From Micavibrio sp. UBA6145 (GTDB taxonomy: Bacteria > Pseudomonadota > Alphaproteobacteria > Micavibrionales > UBA1664): DNA of 64,000 nucleotides. The stretch lies in NCBI GenBank assembly GCA_002423205.1, contig DIUZ01000002.1:65409-129408 (forward strand), written 5' to 3'. This document shows positions 9,132-18,950 of the stretch, in pieces. The notes below the pieces were generated by a model. The model ran no database searches and had not been told where the DNA came from. It was given only the letters and a program-made list of their open reading frames with translations. A program made the translations under genes and the position numbers. Numbering within the stretch: position 1 is the stretch's first letter; each line of letters opens with the position of its first letter.

Positions 9132-12100
9132 ATGCAAACCAAGCGCCTGTCGATCGCCCTCGGCATCACTGTCACTGTCATCGCTGTCCTGCTGATCGTT
9201 CCCAGTTTCATCGACTGGAGCAAGTACCGCACCCTGGCCCAGACCAAGGTGAAGGAAGCCACCGGTTACGACCTTGGTATCAATGGATCATTAAGCCTCG
9301 CCATCCTTCCGGCCCCGCACGCCTCCATCAAGGGTGTCACGGTCGCCAAGGGCGGGCGCGATCCGTTCCTGACGCTCGAAGAAGCCAATGTGCGCGTGGC
9401 GCTATTCCCGCTGCTCGCGGGCAAGATTGAAATCGCCGACATCAAATTTGAAAAACCGGCTCTGAACCTGGTCACGTTCAAAGACGGCACCGATAACTAC
9501 ATGCCGGTGAAGGATGCTCAGGCACCCGCCACTGATCCCGTCACCGGCCAGCCGGTGGTCGCCAACGCAACCGATACACAAGGCCAAAGCATCGCCGTCA
9601 ACGGCCTGCACATTAAAGATGGCTCGGTCACTATCCGCGATGAAGCCAAGGGCACGACGCAAAACATCGGCATCAATGATCTGCACATCAAGGCAGACAC
9701 GCTCTCAGGCCCGTTTGACGGCGATGGTGACATCACATATGGCAATGCGCGTTTTGATATCTCGCTCTCCACCGGCGGATACAAAAAGGGTGAGACCCTT
9801 CCGGTACAGCTGAACATCAAGGAAAAAAACGACCGCGCATCGCTGAAATATTCCGGCATCATGGAAGCGGGCGACAAACCCGCCATTCAGGGCGAAGCCA
9901 GCATCACGCTGGGTGATCTGCCCGGGCTGCTGAAAGATATCGGCGTTACCGCGGCTGTGCCCTCGCTGGGCGACAGGACGCAACTGACCGGCATGCTTTC
10001 CGGCAATGCTGAGCGCGTGAGCCTGACCAACGGCACGTTGATCGTAGGCAAAACCAAATTCAATACCCGCGTCGATGCGGCCATGGGCCCGGGTGGTAAA
10101 AACATCACAGGCGTTTTTGAAACCAATGATGTTCTGGATGTCGATGCGATGGAAAAAATCGCTGCCGACGCCAGCAAGGACTCCAAAAAAGACAGTAAAA
10201 AAGACGACGCTGCGCCGGCAAAAAAATCAGCCGCGCCCGCATCCACGCTGGTGCCGCTGGGCTTCACCATTCCGGCTGACCTGACGGCCGATATTCGTCT
10301 GGCCGCCGCCGGCCTGCAATACAAGGGCAAGAAAACCGGCGCATTCACGGGCCATGTCACCGCATCCAAGGGTGTTGGCAATGTTGCTGTCACGCTCGCC
10401 GCCATTCCCGGCGGCGGCAATATCAATATGGCGGCCGCAACCACGCCTACACCGGGCGAAATCGCCGGTACCGCCACCGGCACACTGCCGAACCTGAAAG
10501 CCACATTGGCCGGCTGGCTGGAAGTGGTAAGCGAAGACACATTCAAACAACCCGGCATGCCGCAAAGCGCTACGCTGGATTCCGCCTTCCGCATCGAAGG
10601 CAACGCTGCCACCCTGACCATCCGCTCGCTCGCGATTGGCGAACCGCAAATCGCAGGCACGGTGTCCTATGTCACCGGTGCTAAACCCGTTCTGAACGCG
10701 CAGCTGCGTGCATCGTCATGGACACTGCCTGCGCCGCAGGGGCAGGGCGCATCGAAATCATCGACGGCAAAATCGGACGCCAGCAAAGACAGCGCCGCGC
10801 CCGCTAAATTCGATTTCGAAATCAACCCGCCGCAGCTTCCTTTTGCGACCAAGTTCGATATCACCGTCGACCGCCTTGTGAAGGGTGACCTGATTATCAC
10901 CGCACTGCGCGTGATTGGCGATTACGACGGCAAGTCTGCCCTCAACCTGACCAGTGCCGGTGGCACGCTCAGCGGCGGCACGGTGAGCGCGTCCGGGAAA
11001 GTTGCTGACCTAAAAGAACTCTCCGGCATCGATATGCAGGCAGCCTTGAAGACCAGCAATCTGGACAGCTTCGTCACCGCCATCACCGGCAAACCCTTCG
11101 ACCAGAAAATCACCGACTTCAACGGCGCGGTTAAAGCCGTCGGCAGCCGCAAGGGCATGGATGTCACCGCATCCGTACAGGCCAAGGGTTACACGCTGGA
11201 AGCAACGGGCCGTCTCGACGATCCGTTCTCACCTGAAATTCCGGGTACGATCAATGTGCGCGTGCGCAACCCCAACATCGCCGGTAAACCGGCCGATGTC
11301 ACCGGCACCGCGAAAATCAACGGCAAGGTCTATACGATCAGCGATCTGAAAGGCCAGTTGGGCCCGTCCGATATCACCGGTTCGGTGAAGGCCGACCTGT
11401 CTGGTGACAAGCCGAATATCACCGCCGAGATCAATAGCAACACGCTGGATGTCGGCGCGCTGCTCGGCGTCAAGGACAAGACCGCGAAAACATCGTCATC
11501 GGCAACATCTGCCACGGCCGCTTCGGCTGACGCCGGTTCGCCCGTGGGCCAGTGGTCGCGTGAGGCGATTGATACCGCCTTCCTGCGTGCGGCCAATGTC
11601 GATGTGAAACTCAACGCCGGTACGCTGCGTTACGGCACATGGACGGTCTCCTCCGCCAAGGCGGGCGTCACCCTGAAAGACGGCGCACTCAAGGTATCGC
11701 CACTCTCCGGCGGTATTTACGGCGGTACGCTGGACGGTCAGGTGAATGCGTCATCTGCCGGCACCGGCCAGCCGCTGAACGTCACCTTCAAGGCCGACGT
11801 CAACAACGTCGCCATTGGCCCATTCATGCAGGCGTTGACATCGTCGACCACCAAGCGTGCCGATGGCACGGGCTCGGTTGCCATCGATATCAAGGGTGCG
11901 GGCGCATCGGCATACCAGCTTGTGGGCTCGCTGAACGGTGAGGCGAAGGTCAAGGCAGACAACCTCATCATCTACGGCATGAATATCGACAAGCTGGCGG
12001 CGGATATCGTCGAGGCGTTTGACGGCGGCTGGAAAGGTGTCCTGAGCGGCTTTGCCCAGAACAACCTCACGGGCGGCCAGACGGCATTCAAGGATGTCAG

Positions 12101-12623
12101 CCAGACCTTCTCCATTCAGGCCGGCACCATGCCGATCAATAACTTCAGACTGGAAACCGCGAACGGCAATGCCATCGTCCTCACCAACGGCATGGTCAGC
12201 TTCGTGAACTGGACCATGAACACGCAAAGCAATGTTCAGGTCACGCAGCCCAAGGACGTGCCGGTGATTGGCATCAGCCTGTCGGGCCCGCTGAACGCAC
12301 CACAAAAACAGATCAGCTCGCAGGCGCTGGACAATCTGGTCCGCAATAAAATCGGCGGTCAGGTGCAGGACCTGATCGGCAAGAAGCTGGGCAATGACAG
12401 CCCGGCAGGCGCACTGATCAACAACCTGCTTGGCGGCGGCCAGACCCAGCAACAGGCACCAGCCACGGTAACGCCGACCCCGGCACCCACCGTGACCGAC
12501 CCGGCCGCGCCGCAAGCCGCGCCTGAGCAGCCTGCGCCGGTAGAAATCCAGCCCCAGCCCCAGACACAAAAAGACCCCCGGCAGCAATTGCTGGAGGGGG
12601 TCTTTAATCAGTTAGTGAAATAA
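9132..12623 (+). CDS. AsmA family outer-membrane biogenesis protein
   Basis: There is an N-terminal TM anchor followed by an AsmA-like beginning (...IDWSKYR...GYDLGINGSLSLAILPAPHASIKGVTV). A long beta-rich body follows, ending in a Q/P-rich C-terminal tail. Confidence 0.8.
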   Translation: MQTKRLSIALGITVTVIAVLLIVPSFIDWSKYRTLAQTKVKEATGYDLGINGSLSLAILPAPHASIKGVTVAKGGRDPFLTLEEANVRVALFPLLAGKIEIADIKFEKPALNLVTFKDGTDNYMPVKDAQAPATDPVTGQPVVANATDTQGQSIAVNGLHIKDGSVTIRDEAKGTTQNIGINDLHIKADTLSGPFDGDGDITYGNARFDISLSTGGYKKGETLPVQLNIKEKNDRASLKYSGIMEAGDKPAIQGEASITLGDLPGLLKDIGVTAAVPSLGDRTQLTGMLSGNAERVSLTNGTLIVGKTKFNTRVDAAMGPGGKNITGVFETNDVLDVDAMEKIAADASKDSKKDSKKDDAAPAKKSAAPASTLVPLGFTIPADLTADIRLAAAGLQYKGKKTGAFTGHVTASKGVGNVAVTLAAIPGGGNINMAAATTPTPGEIAGTATGTLPNLKATLAGWLEVVSEDTFKQPGMPQSATLDSAFRIEGNAATLTIRSLAIGEPQIAGTVSYVTGAKPVLNAQLRASSWTLPAPQGQGASKSSTAKSDASKDSAAPAKFDFEINPPQLPFATKFDITVDRLVKGDLIITALRVIGDYDGKSALNLTSAGGTLSGGTVSASGKVADLKELSGIDMQAALKTSNLDSFVTAITGKPFDQKITDFNGAVKAVGSRKGMDVTASVQAKGYTLEATGRLDDPFSPEIPGTINVRVRNPNIAGKPADVTGTAKINGKVYTISDLKGQLGPSDITGSVKADLSGDKPNITAEINSNTLDVGALLGVKDKTAKTSSSATSATAASADAGSPVGQWSREAIDTAFLRAANVDVKLNAGTLRYGTWTVSSAKAGVTLKDGALKVSPLSGGIYGGTLDGQVNASSAGTGQPLNVTFKADVNNVAIGPFMQALTSSTTKRADGTGSVAIDIKGAGASAYQLVGSLNGEAKVKADNLIIYGMNIDKLAADIVEAFDGGWKGVLSGFAQNNLTGGQTAFKDVSQTFSIQAGTMPINNFRLETANGNAIVLTNGMVSFVNWTMNTQSNVQVTQPKDVPVIGISLSGPLNAPQKQISSQALDNLVRNKIGGQVQDLIGKKLGNDSPAGALINNLLGGGQTQQQAPATVTPTPAPTVTDPAAPQAAPEQPAPVEIQPQPQTQKDPRQQLLEGVFNQLVK

Positions 12624-12625
12624 GC

Positions 12626-13225
12626 TTAAGCGCGCAGGGCGGGCAGGTACTGCAATTCGCGCTGCGTGTTTTTGGCGGCTTCGGCGTAGGCTTTGCTGGC
12701 CACGTAATCCAGGATCTTGGTGCCGAAACCGATGCGATTATACGGGTTCAGGATGGAATTCAGCAGGCTGATGGCCGTATTGTCGTTGCGCTTATAGGCG
12801 CTGTAGGCGATTTCATCGACAACGCCCAGCAGGGCGGCTTCATGCTGCTGCGATCCGTACCATTTCTGGTTCACGATCTCCGACAATTGGCCGATGATAG
12901 TGATCAGCTGGCTGGGCAGCGTGTCTTTCCACGCGTGCACAATACCTTGAATGGCTTCTTTCTGAACGTCGGCATCCTGCGTGGACAGCGATTGCAGATA
13001 ACCGGCAAATGCGGCGCGGTGCTGGTGCAGCTCGCGCTGTTTCACCGAATTGAAATAATGCGTGAAAATCGTTTCCGGGTTTTCTTTGCGGGTGCGGCGG
13101 ACATGTTCGTCTTGTGACTCCTGCAAAGCTTCGCGCGTCAGATGATAAGCGCGTTTTTCGTCCAGCGTGCGGACGGTGTCAGGATACATGTGGGCTTCAT
13201 TAGCGGCGTTCAAAGGCGACTCCAT
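12626..13225 (-). CDS. Hypothetical protein (no family recognised)
   Basis: A 199-aa ORF running from the ATG at 13225 (MESPLNAANE...), or from an alternative start at 13288. It looks helical and has no signal peptide. An A/T-rich stretch lies upstream. Confidence 0.55.
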   Translation of the reverse strand: MESPLNAANEAHMYPDTVRTLDEKRAYHLTREALQESQDEHVRRTRKENPETIFTHYFNSVKQRELHQHRAAFAGYLQSLSTQDADVQKEAIQGIVHAWKDTLPSQLITIIGQLSEIVNQKWYGSQQHEAALLGVVDEIAYSAYKRNDNTAISLLNSILNPYNRIGFGTKILDYVASKAYAEAAKNTQRELQYLPALRA

Positions 13226-13317
13226 TTTTTCGAAAGTGCCGCTTTGTATAATATCGCTAATAAAATTACAAGAAAATGTGGGTAACATCCGGTAACGTAT
13301 TCGAAATGTGACAGAAT

Positions 13318-13518
13318 TTAGGCATTAGCCTGTTTCAGGACGAATACGCGTAACGCGCTGCTTAAATTCGCATTTCCGCGCCCCAGATCGATTTCCTCGA
13401 CCAGCTTCTGGACACTGCTGCGGCGCTTGGCCGCAATAGCCTCCAGCCCGGACCAGAATTCTGGCTCCAGGCTGATGCTTGTGCGGTGCCCTTTCAGGGT
13501 GACCGAGCGTTTTTTCAT
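13318..13518 (-). CDS. Small ribbon-helix-helix (RHH) domain protein
   Basis: 66 aa: KKRSVTLKGHRTSISLEPEFWSGLEAIAAKRRSSVQKLVEEID...LSSALRVFVL, giving a beta-strand plus two helices. The ATG overlaps the fumC stop (TAATG at 13516-13520). It is a paralogue of the ORF at 43806. Confidence 0.75.
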   Translation of the reverse strand: MKKRSVTLKGHRTSISLEPEFWSGLEAIAAKRRSSVQKLVEEIDLGRGNANLSSALRVFVLKQANA

Positions 13519-14945
13519 TAGTCCCGCGGCTTAACCATGTCAGCCGGGTTGATCCACGACTTGAACTTGGCTTCATCCAGAAGGCCCAGCGCCGTACCGG
13601 CCTCCAGCAGGGACGTGCCGTCCTGATGCGCCTTCTTGGCGATCTTGGCCGCGTTGTCATACCCGATATGCGGGTTGAGCGCGGTGACCAGCATCAGGCT
13701 CTCATGCAGCAACTTGTCGATGCGCTGGTGGTTGGCGGTGATACCAACCACGCAGTTATCGGTGAACGAACGTGCGCCGTCCGCGATCAGGCGGATGGAT
13801 TGCAGCGTGTTGTAAATGATGACCGGCTTGAACACGTTGAGTTCGAAATGCCCGTTCGAACCGCCGATGGACACCGCGACATGGTTGCCCATCACCTGTG
13901 CGCAGACCATGGTCAGTGCCTCCGACTGGGTCGGGTTGACCTTGCCCGGCATGATGGATGAGCCCGGTTCGTTTTCCGGCAGTGAAATTTCGCCGATACC
14001 GCAGCGCGGGCCCGAACCCAGCAGGCGGATATCGTTGGCGATCTTCATCAGGGATACGGCAATCGTATTCAGCGCGCCGTGCAGTTCAACCAGCGCATCA
14101 TGCGTGGCCAGCGCCTCAAACTTGTTGGGGGCGGTGACGAAATCCAGACCGGTGGATTCAGCCACTTTCCTGGCGAACAATTTGTCGAAACCGACCTTGC
14201 AGTTAATGCCGGTGCCCACAGCCGTGCCGCCCTGCGCCAGTTGCAGGATATGCGGCATGCAGTTTTTCACGCGCTTGATGCCGTTGGCGATCTGCACGGT
14301 GTAGCCTGAAAATTCCTGGCCCAGCGTGACCGGGGTCGCATCCTGCAAATGCGTACGGCCGATCTTCACGATATCCATGAATTCCTTGGCCTTGGCATTC
14401 AGCGCGGCGTGCAGGTGTTCCAGCGCCGGGATCAGTTCGTGGTGAACCTGTTCGGCGGCGGCGATATGCATCGCGGTCGGGAAACTGTCATTCGACGACT
14501 GGCCCATATTGACGTGGTCGTTCGGGTGCACGGGTTTTTTAGATCCCATCTCGCCGCCCATGATTTCGATGGCGCGGTTGGAAATGACTTCGTTCACGTT
14601 CATGTTGGTCTGTGTGCCCGAACCCGTCTGCCACACGACCAGCGGGAAGTTGCCATCCAGTGATCCGTCGATCACTTCGTCCGCTGCCTGCGCAATGGTC
14701 TCGGCCAGTTTCGGGTCGAGCGCTTTCAAATCCGCGTTCGCGAGCGCGGCGCATTTTTTCAGGATACCGAAAGCCCGGATCAGGGGCTTGGGCATGGTCT
14801 CGCCGCCGATCTTGAAGTTCTGCAGCGACCGCTGGGTCTGTGCGCCCCAGTATTTTTCCGACGGCACATCAATGGGACCGAAGGAATCGGTCTCGACGCG
14901 GGGGGCGGTGGCGGCTGTTTTCTTGGCAGAAAGGGCGGATGACAT
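13518..14945 (-). CDS. fumC: Fumarate hydratase, class II
   Basis: Carries the [16 protein letters not shown] signature and is full length (475 aa). Confidence 0.97.
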   Translation of the reverse strand: MSSALSAKKTAATAPRVETDSFGPIDVPSEKYWGAQTQRSLQNFKIGGETMPKPLIRAFGILKKCAALANADLKALDPKLAETIAQAADEVIDGSLDGNFPLVVWQTGSGTQTNMNVNEVISNRAIEIMGGEMGSKKPVHPNDHVNMGQSSNDSFPTAMHIAAAEQVHHELIPALEHLHAALNAKAKEFMDIVKIGRTHLQDATPVTLGQEFSGYTVQIANGIKRVKNCMPHILQLAQGGTAVGTGINCKVGFDKLFARKVAESTGLDFVTAPNKFEALATHDALVELHGALNTIAVSLMKIANDIRLLGSGPRCGIGEISLPENEPGSSIMPGKVNPTQSEALTMVCAQVMGNHVAVSIGGSNGHFELNVFKPVIIYNTLQSIRLIADGARSFTDNCVVGITANHQRIDKLLHESLMLVTALNPHIGYDNAAKIAKKAHQDGTSLLEAGTALGLLDEAKFKSWINPADMVKPRD

Positions 14946-15106
14946 CGTGTAAGGGCCTTAAAGTTGTTTCGCCCCTGTTTTAAGCCATTTCACCCGTCAA
15001 ACCAAGGGGCCAAACCCTCTTGGCGCGGCGCAACACGTCAACTGTTTGCGTGCCGGCGCATGCTTATGCATATGTAAACGCTCCAGATTGAATGAGGAGA
15101 ATGGAA

Positions 15107-15484
15107 ATGACTGAACTTGCACCGGTTTTTACCCAGTCCACGACCAAGCCGAGCCGCTTTTACGTCCTGACCCTGACGGATGCTGATCTGGCTGTCGATA
15201 TGATGAAAACCGGGGATTATCAGAAGCTGGGCTATTCGGTCAGTGGCCCGCGTTACAATCCCGACGCGCTGCCGGCCTATGTCGACATGTATGTGCCGGG
15301 CAAGCCGGGATCTTTTTTCATCAGCCTGCACGGCACGGCCATGGAACACATACTGAAACGCACCGACCTGCCGGCGCAATTACGCAAAAATCTGGAAGAC
15401 GCACTGCATATGTTTGAAACCTTCGCCCCGCTGGCATGCTGGGGCCCGGCGCAGCATCCCCGCCGCCGCGCTACGCCCGCCTGA
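15107..15484 (+). CDS. Hypothetical protein
   Basis: AGGAGA lies 6 nt upstream of the ATG at 15107; the tracked ORF starts at 15092. It is followed by a perfect-palindrome terminator. No family recognised. Confidence 0.55.
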   Translation: MTELAPVFTQSTTKPSRFYVLTLTDADLAVDMMKTGDYQKLGYSVSGPRYNPDALPAYVDMYVPGKPGSFFISLHGTAMEHILKRTDLPAQLRKNLEDALHMFETFAPLACWGPAQHPRRRATPA

Positions 15485-15487
15485 AAT

Positions 15488-15513
15488 AAAGGCCGCTGAT
15501 CAGCGGCCTTTTT
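15488..15513. terminator. Bidirectional intrinsic terminator
   Basis: GGCCGCTGA/TCAGCGGCC is a perfect palindrome (15491-15508), flanked by AAATAAA and TTTTT. It sits between convergent genes. Confidence 0.8.
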
Positions 15514-16580
15514 CATTTCACTTCGGTCCCAAGCACCGTGACGTGCCCCATTTTGCGGCCCGGCTTGGCGTCCGTCTTGCCGTAATCGGTGAAGAATGTT
15601 TTGCCGTCCGGCACCAGCGCGCGCCCGGCGTAAATCTCATCGCCCAGCAGGTTGGTCATGACCGCGTCGTGGTGGCGGCTGAACGACCCAAGCTCAAGGC
15701 CCGCAACCGCCCGCATATGCTGCTCAAACTGCGAGCATTCGCACGCATCGATGGTCCAGTGACCGGAATTATGCGGGCGCGGGGCGATTTCATTGACCAG
15801 AATCCGTTCATCCCGGGTCACGAACATCTCAACGCCCAGAATCCCAATGAGATTGATCTTTTCAGCAAGGTGGCGGGCCAGGTCTTCGGCCTGATCTAAA
15901 AGCGCCGCCGAAACCGGGGCAGGGACCGACGTGGTCTTCAGAATGTGGTTTTCATGCACATTGATACCCGGCGTAAATGCGCCGACATTGCCCTTTTGGT
16001 CACGGCCAACGATGACCGAGATTTCACACGCGAAATCAACCGGTTCTTCGACAATGACGATGTCAGATTTTAAGGACGCGAAGGCGCGGTCGGTTTCATC
16101 CAATCCGCGCACATAGGCCTGACCTTTGCCGTCATATCCAAAACGGGTTGTCTTTATGATACAGGTGCTTGTACCCCATTGCTTCATAACCGCTTGAATG
16201 TCTGCGCCGCTATGGGCGGGGGCAAAACGCGTGGTCGGAATGCCGAAATTGTTCAGGGCCGTTTTCTCGGCAATACGTTCCTGCGCGATGGCCAGAACAT
16301 GCGACGACGGATAGACGGGTTTGAGTGTCTCAAGGAATTTAACCGTCTCAACCGGGATGTTTTCGAATTCGTATGTGATGACATCGACGGATGCGGCGAA
16401 TTTGGCCAGCGCATCGCGGTCTTCATAGGCGGCATTGGTGGTCGATGCCGCGACAAGCGATGCCGGCGAATCGGTTTCGGGACAGAATACATGCGTTTCG
16501 AGGCCGAGTTTTGCACCCGCCTGTGCCGACATACGGCCAAGTTGCCCGCCGCCAAGCATGCCAATGATCTTTGAAGCCAT
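15513..16580 (-). CDS. purK: N5-carboxyaminoimidazole ribonucleotide synthase
   Basis: ATP-grasp PurK pattern: IGMLGGGQLGRM...; 355 aa; downstream of purE. Confidence 0.93.
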   Translation of the reverse strand: MASKIIGMLGGGQLGRMSAQAGAKLGLETHVFCPETDSPASLVAASTTNAAYEDRDALAKFAASVDVITYEFENIPVETVKFLETLKPVYPSSHVLAIAQERIAEKTALNNFGIPTTRFAPAHSGADIQAVMKQWGTSTCIIKTTRFGYDGKGQAYVRGLDETDRAFASLKSDIVIVEEPVDFACEISVIVGRDQKGNVGAFTPGINVHENHILKTTSVPAPVSAALLDQAEDLARHLAEKINLIGILGVEMFVTRDERILVNEIAPRPHNSGHWTIDACECSQFEQHMRAVAGLELGSFSRHHDAVMTNLLGDEIYAGRALVPDGKTFFTDYGKTDAKPGRKMGHVTVLGTEVK

Positions 16581-16623
16581 AGGTCAGGTGTTAGACGTGC
16601 AAGCGTCTGGAAACAAGGGGGAA

Positions 16624-16965
16624 TTAATAAGCTTCGGAGTTTTTACGGCGGTGATGCACGTAACCCACGCCGCCATATGTCCAGCCGGCCCATTTGATCG
16701 CCATGCAGGTGATGATGGCCGCCGCGTAAAACAGGGTTTTCATGGAATCGTCTGTCTGTGTCATACCGGGCGTGGCAGCCTGCGCAGGTTCGCTTTCGAC
16801 CATGACATCGGTTGCCAGAAACGCCACCAGAATCCAGCGTCCGGCCCAGCCGGTCATGCCAATGATAAGGGCAAGTTTGTGCCAGCGTGCCGCGCGGTCG
16901 AGATCGCAATAGCGACCGACCCATGCAGTGGCTTTTTCAGCCTTGGCGATAATTCCTGACCACAT
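16624..16965 (-). CDS. Small membrane protein between purE and purK
   Basis: 113 aa from the ATG at 16965, with two or three hydrophobic segments (LALIIGMTGWAGRWILVAFLA, LFYAAAIITCMAI). The tracked ORF extension overlaps purE. Confidence 0.5.
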   Translation of the reverse strand: MWSGIIAKAEKATAWVGRYCDLDRAARWHKLALIIGMTGWAGRWILVAFLATDVMVESEPAQAATPGMTQTDDSMKTLFYAAAIITCMAIKWAGWTYGGVGYVHHRRKNSEAY

Positions 16966-16984
16966 AGGGATCAGTTTATCACAT

Positions 16985-17473
16985 TTATTTTGGTTTTTGA
17001 GCAACCGATTTCGTCTGCTTGTCCCTAAAGGAATCAAGCTTTTTCGCCAGTTTGGCGTCGGTGATGGCCAGAATCGCGGTGGCCAGAAGACCCGCGTTTT
17101 TGGCGCCAGCCTCCCCAATCGCAAGCGTGCCGACAGGAATGCCCGCAGGCATCTGTGCAATGGACAGAAGACTGTCCATACCCTTAAGCGCCTTGGAAAG
17201 AACGGGAACGCCCAAGACCGGGAGCGGCGTCATCGACGCGGCCATGCCGGGCAGGTGGGCTGCGCCGCCGGCACCCGCGATGATAACGCGAAGCCCGCGT
17301 TTTTTGGCGGTCTTGGCGTATTGGACCAGGCGGTCCGGCGTACGGTGGGCGGATACGATGGCGGTTTCGTAAGGAATGCCGAAAATATCGAGGTGATCAG
17401 CCGCATTTTTCATTGTTTCCCAGTCTGACTGGGACCCCATGATGATGCCGACGACAGGCTTTTTCGGTGCCAT
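16985..17473 (-). CDS. purE: N5-CAIR mutase
   Basis: [14 protein letters not shown]...AHRTPD...[14 protein letters not shown], the classical PurE pattern. Confidence 0.96.
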   Translation of the reverse strand: MAPKKPVVGIIMGSQSDWETMKNAADHLDIFGIPYETAIVSAHRTPDRLVQYAKTAKKRGLRVIIAGAGGAAHLPGMAASMTPLPVLGVPVLSKALKGMDSLLSIAQMPAGIPVGTLAIGEAGAKNAGLLATAILAITDAKLAKKLDSFRDKQTKSVAQKPK

Positions 17474-17676
17474 TACGCAGTGATGTCGGGCAGAAGCCCG
17501 CTTTCAAGTTTGTTGATCATGTCCTTGAGCGCCAGTTTGCGTTTTTTGAGGCGCTGTAACTGGAAAAGGTCGACGGGCTGGGCGTTGGTCAGTTGATTGA
17601 TGACAGCATCGAGGTCGCGGTGTTCAGTACGCAGTACCTCAAGCTTTTCTTTCATCTGAATGGATGCTTCATCCAT
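17473..17676 (-). CDS. DUF465 / YdcH-like small protein
   Basis: 67 aa: ...[15 protein letters not shown]...[19 protein letters not shown], the typical YdcH-family motif. Its stop overlaps the purE ATG (TAATG). Confidence 0.75.
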   Translation of the reverse strand: MDEASIQMKEKLEVLRTEHRDLDAVINQLTNAQPVDLFQLQRLKKRKLALKDMINKLESGLLPDITA

Positions 17677-17861
17677 GAAATTGCTAGCCCTTTTGCCGTT
17701 AAAATCGGCCCTATATGTATCATAACAACCGATATTCTTTAAGTTTTTTTGTTAAACCCCTGAAAAGCCCGAAAAACCGGGCAGGGCGGGCATGAAAATT
17801 CGTTGTGAATGAATGGCGTAATGCGCCTGTTAAATGCCCGTGCGCTTGGTACAACCAATAC

Positions 17862-18941
17862 ATGACCAAAAGACGAATCGGAATTCTGACCAGCGGCGGC
17901 GATTGCGCCGGCCTTAACGCCGTTATCCGCGCGGCGACCCATCGCGCCCATATCCTGGGCTATGAAATGGTGGGCATCCTTGACGGCACCCACGGCCTCA
18001 TCAGCGACCCGCCGCAGGTGCGTATCCTGACGCCCGACGTCGCGGATTCGAACATGATGCGCCAGGGCGGCACCGTTCTGGGCACGACAAACAAGGGCAA
18101 CCCGTTTGCATTTCCGATGCCGGACGGTTCGCTCAAGGACCTGTCCGACGACATTATCCATGGTATCAAATCGCTGGGGCTTGAGGCCATCATCGGTATC
18201 GGCGGCGACGGCTCTTTCGCGATCCTGAAAAAACTCGCCAAGCAGGGCGGCTTTAAAATGGTCGGCGTACCCAAGACCATCGACAACGATCTCGGCAAAA
18301 CCGAAGTCTCCGTCGGGTTCGACACCGCCGTCGCCGTCGCGACCGAGGCGCTGGACCGCCTGCAACCCACGGCGGCGTCCCACGACCGCGTCATGATTCT
18401 GGAAGTGATGGGCCGCGACGCCGGTCACATCGCGATCTGCGCCGGCATTGCCGGCGGTGCCGATGTCATCCTGATCCCGGAAATTCCGTACGACATTCAA
18501 AAGGTCGCCGCCAAGATCAAACAGGTCAAGGACGAGGGGCGTAACTTCGCGCTGGTCATCGTGTCCGAGGCCGTCAAATCCGCAACCGGCGAAGACATGA
18601 AAATCACCTTCGCCGACGGCCAGAAACGCTATGGCGGCATCGGCCAGTATATCGGCCACCAACTGGCCGAACTGACCGGTTCTGAAACCCGCGTCACCGT
18701 GCTCGGCCACGTCCAGCGCGGCTGCCCGCCGACCTATTCCGACCGCCTGATTGCATCGGCCTTCGGCGTTCACGCCGTTGACCTTGTCGCTGCCGGTAAA
18801 TTCGACCGCATGGTGTCGTGGTCCAACCGCGGCGTGATCGATGTGTCCATCGACGACGCGATTGCTGCGTATCAACAGGTCGATATCAAGGGCGCGATGG
18901 TGCACACCGCACGCGCCCTCGGCATCGCATTAGGGGATTAA
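17862..18941 (+). CDS. pfk: 6-phosphofructokinase (phosphoryl donor uncertain)
   Basis: The translation shows MTKRRIGILTSGGDCAGLN, IGGDGS, PKTIDNDL and MGRDAGH. I chose the start at 17862 from the conserved N-terminus. Confidence 0.9.
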   Translation: MTKRRIGILTSGGDCAGLNAVIRAATHRAHILGYEMVGILDGTHGLISDPPQVRILTPDVADSNMMRQGGTVLGTTNKGNPFAFPMPDGSLKDLSDDIIHGIKSLGLEAIIGIGGDGSFAILKKLAKQGGFKMVGVPKTIDNDLGKTEVSVGFDTAVAVATEALDRLQPTAASHDRVMILEVMGRDAGHIAICAGIAGGADVILIPEIPYDIQKVAAKIKQVKDEGRNFALVIVSEAVKSATGEDMKITFADGQKRYGGIGQYIGHQLAELTGSETRVTVLGHVQRGCPPTYSDRLIASAFGVHAVDLVAAGKFDRMVSWSNRGVIDVSIDDAIAAYQQVDIKGAMVHTARALGIALGD

Positions 18942-18950
18942 CAGGGTTTC

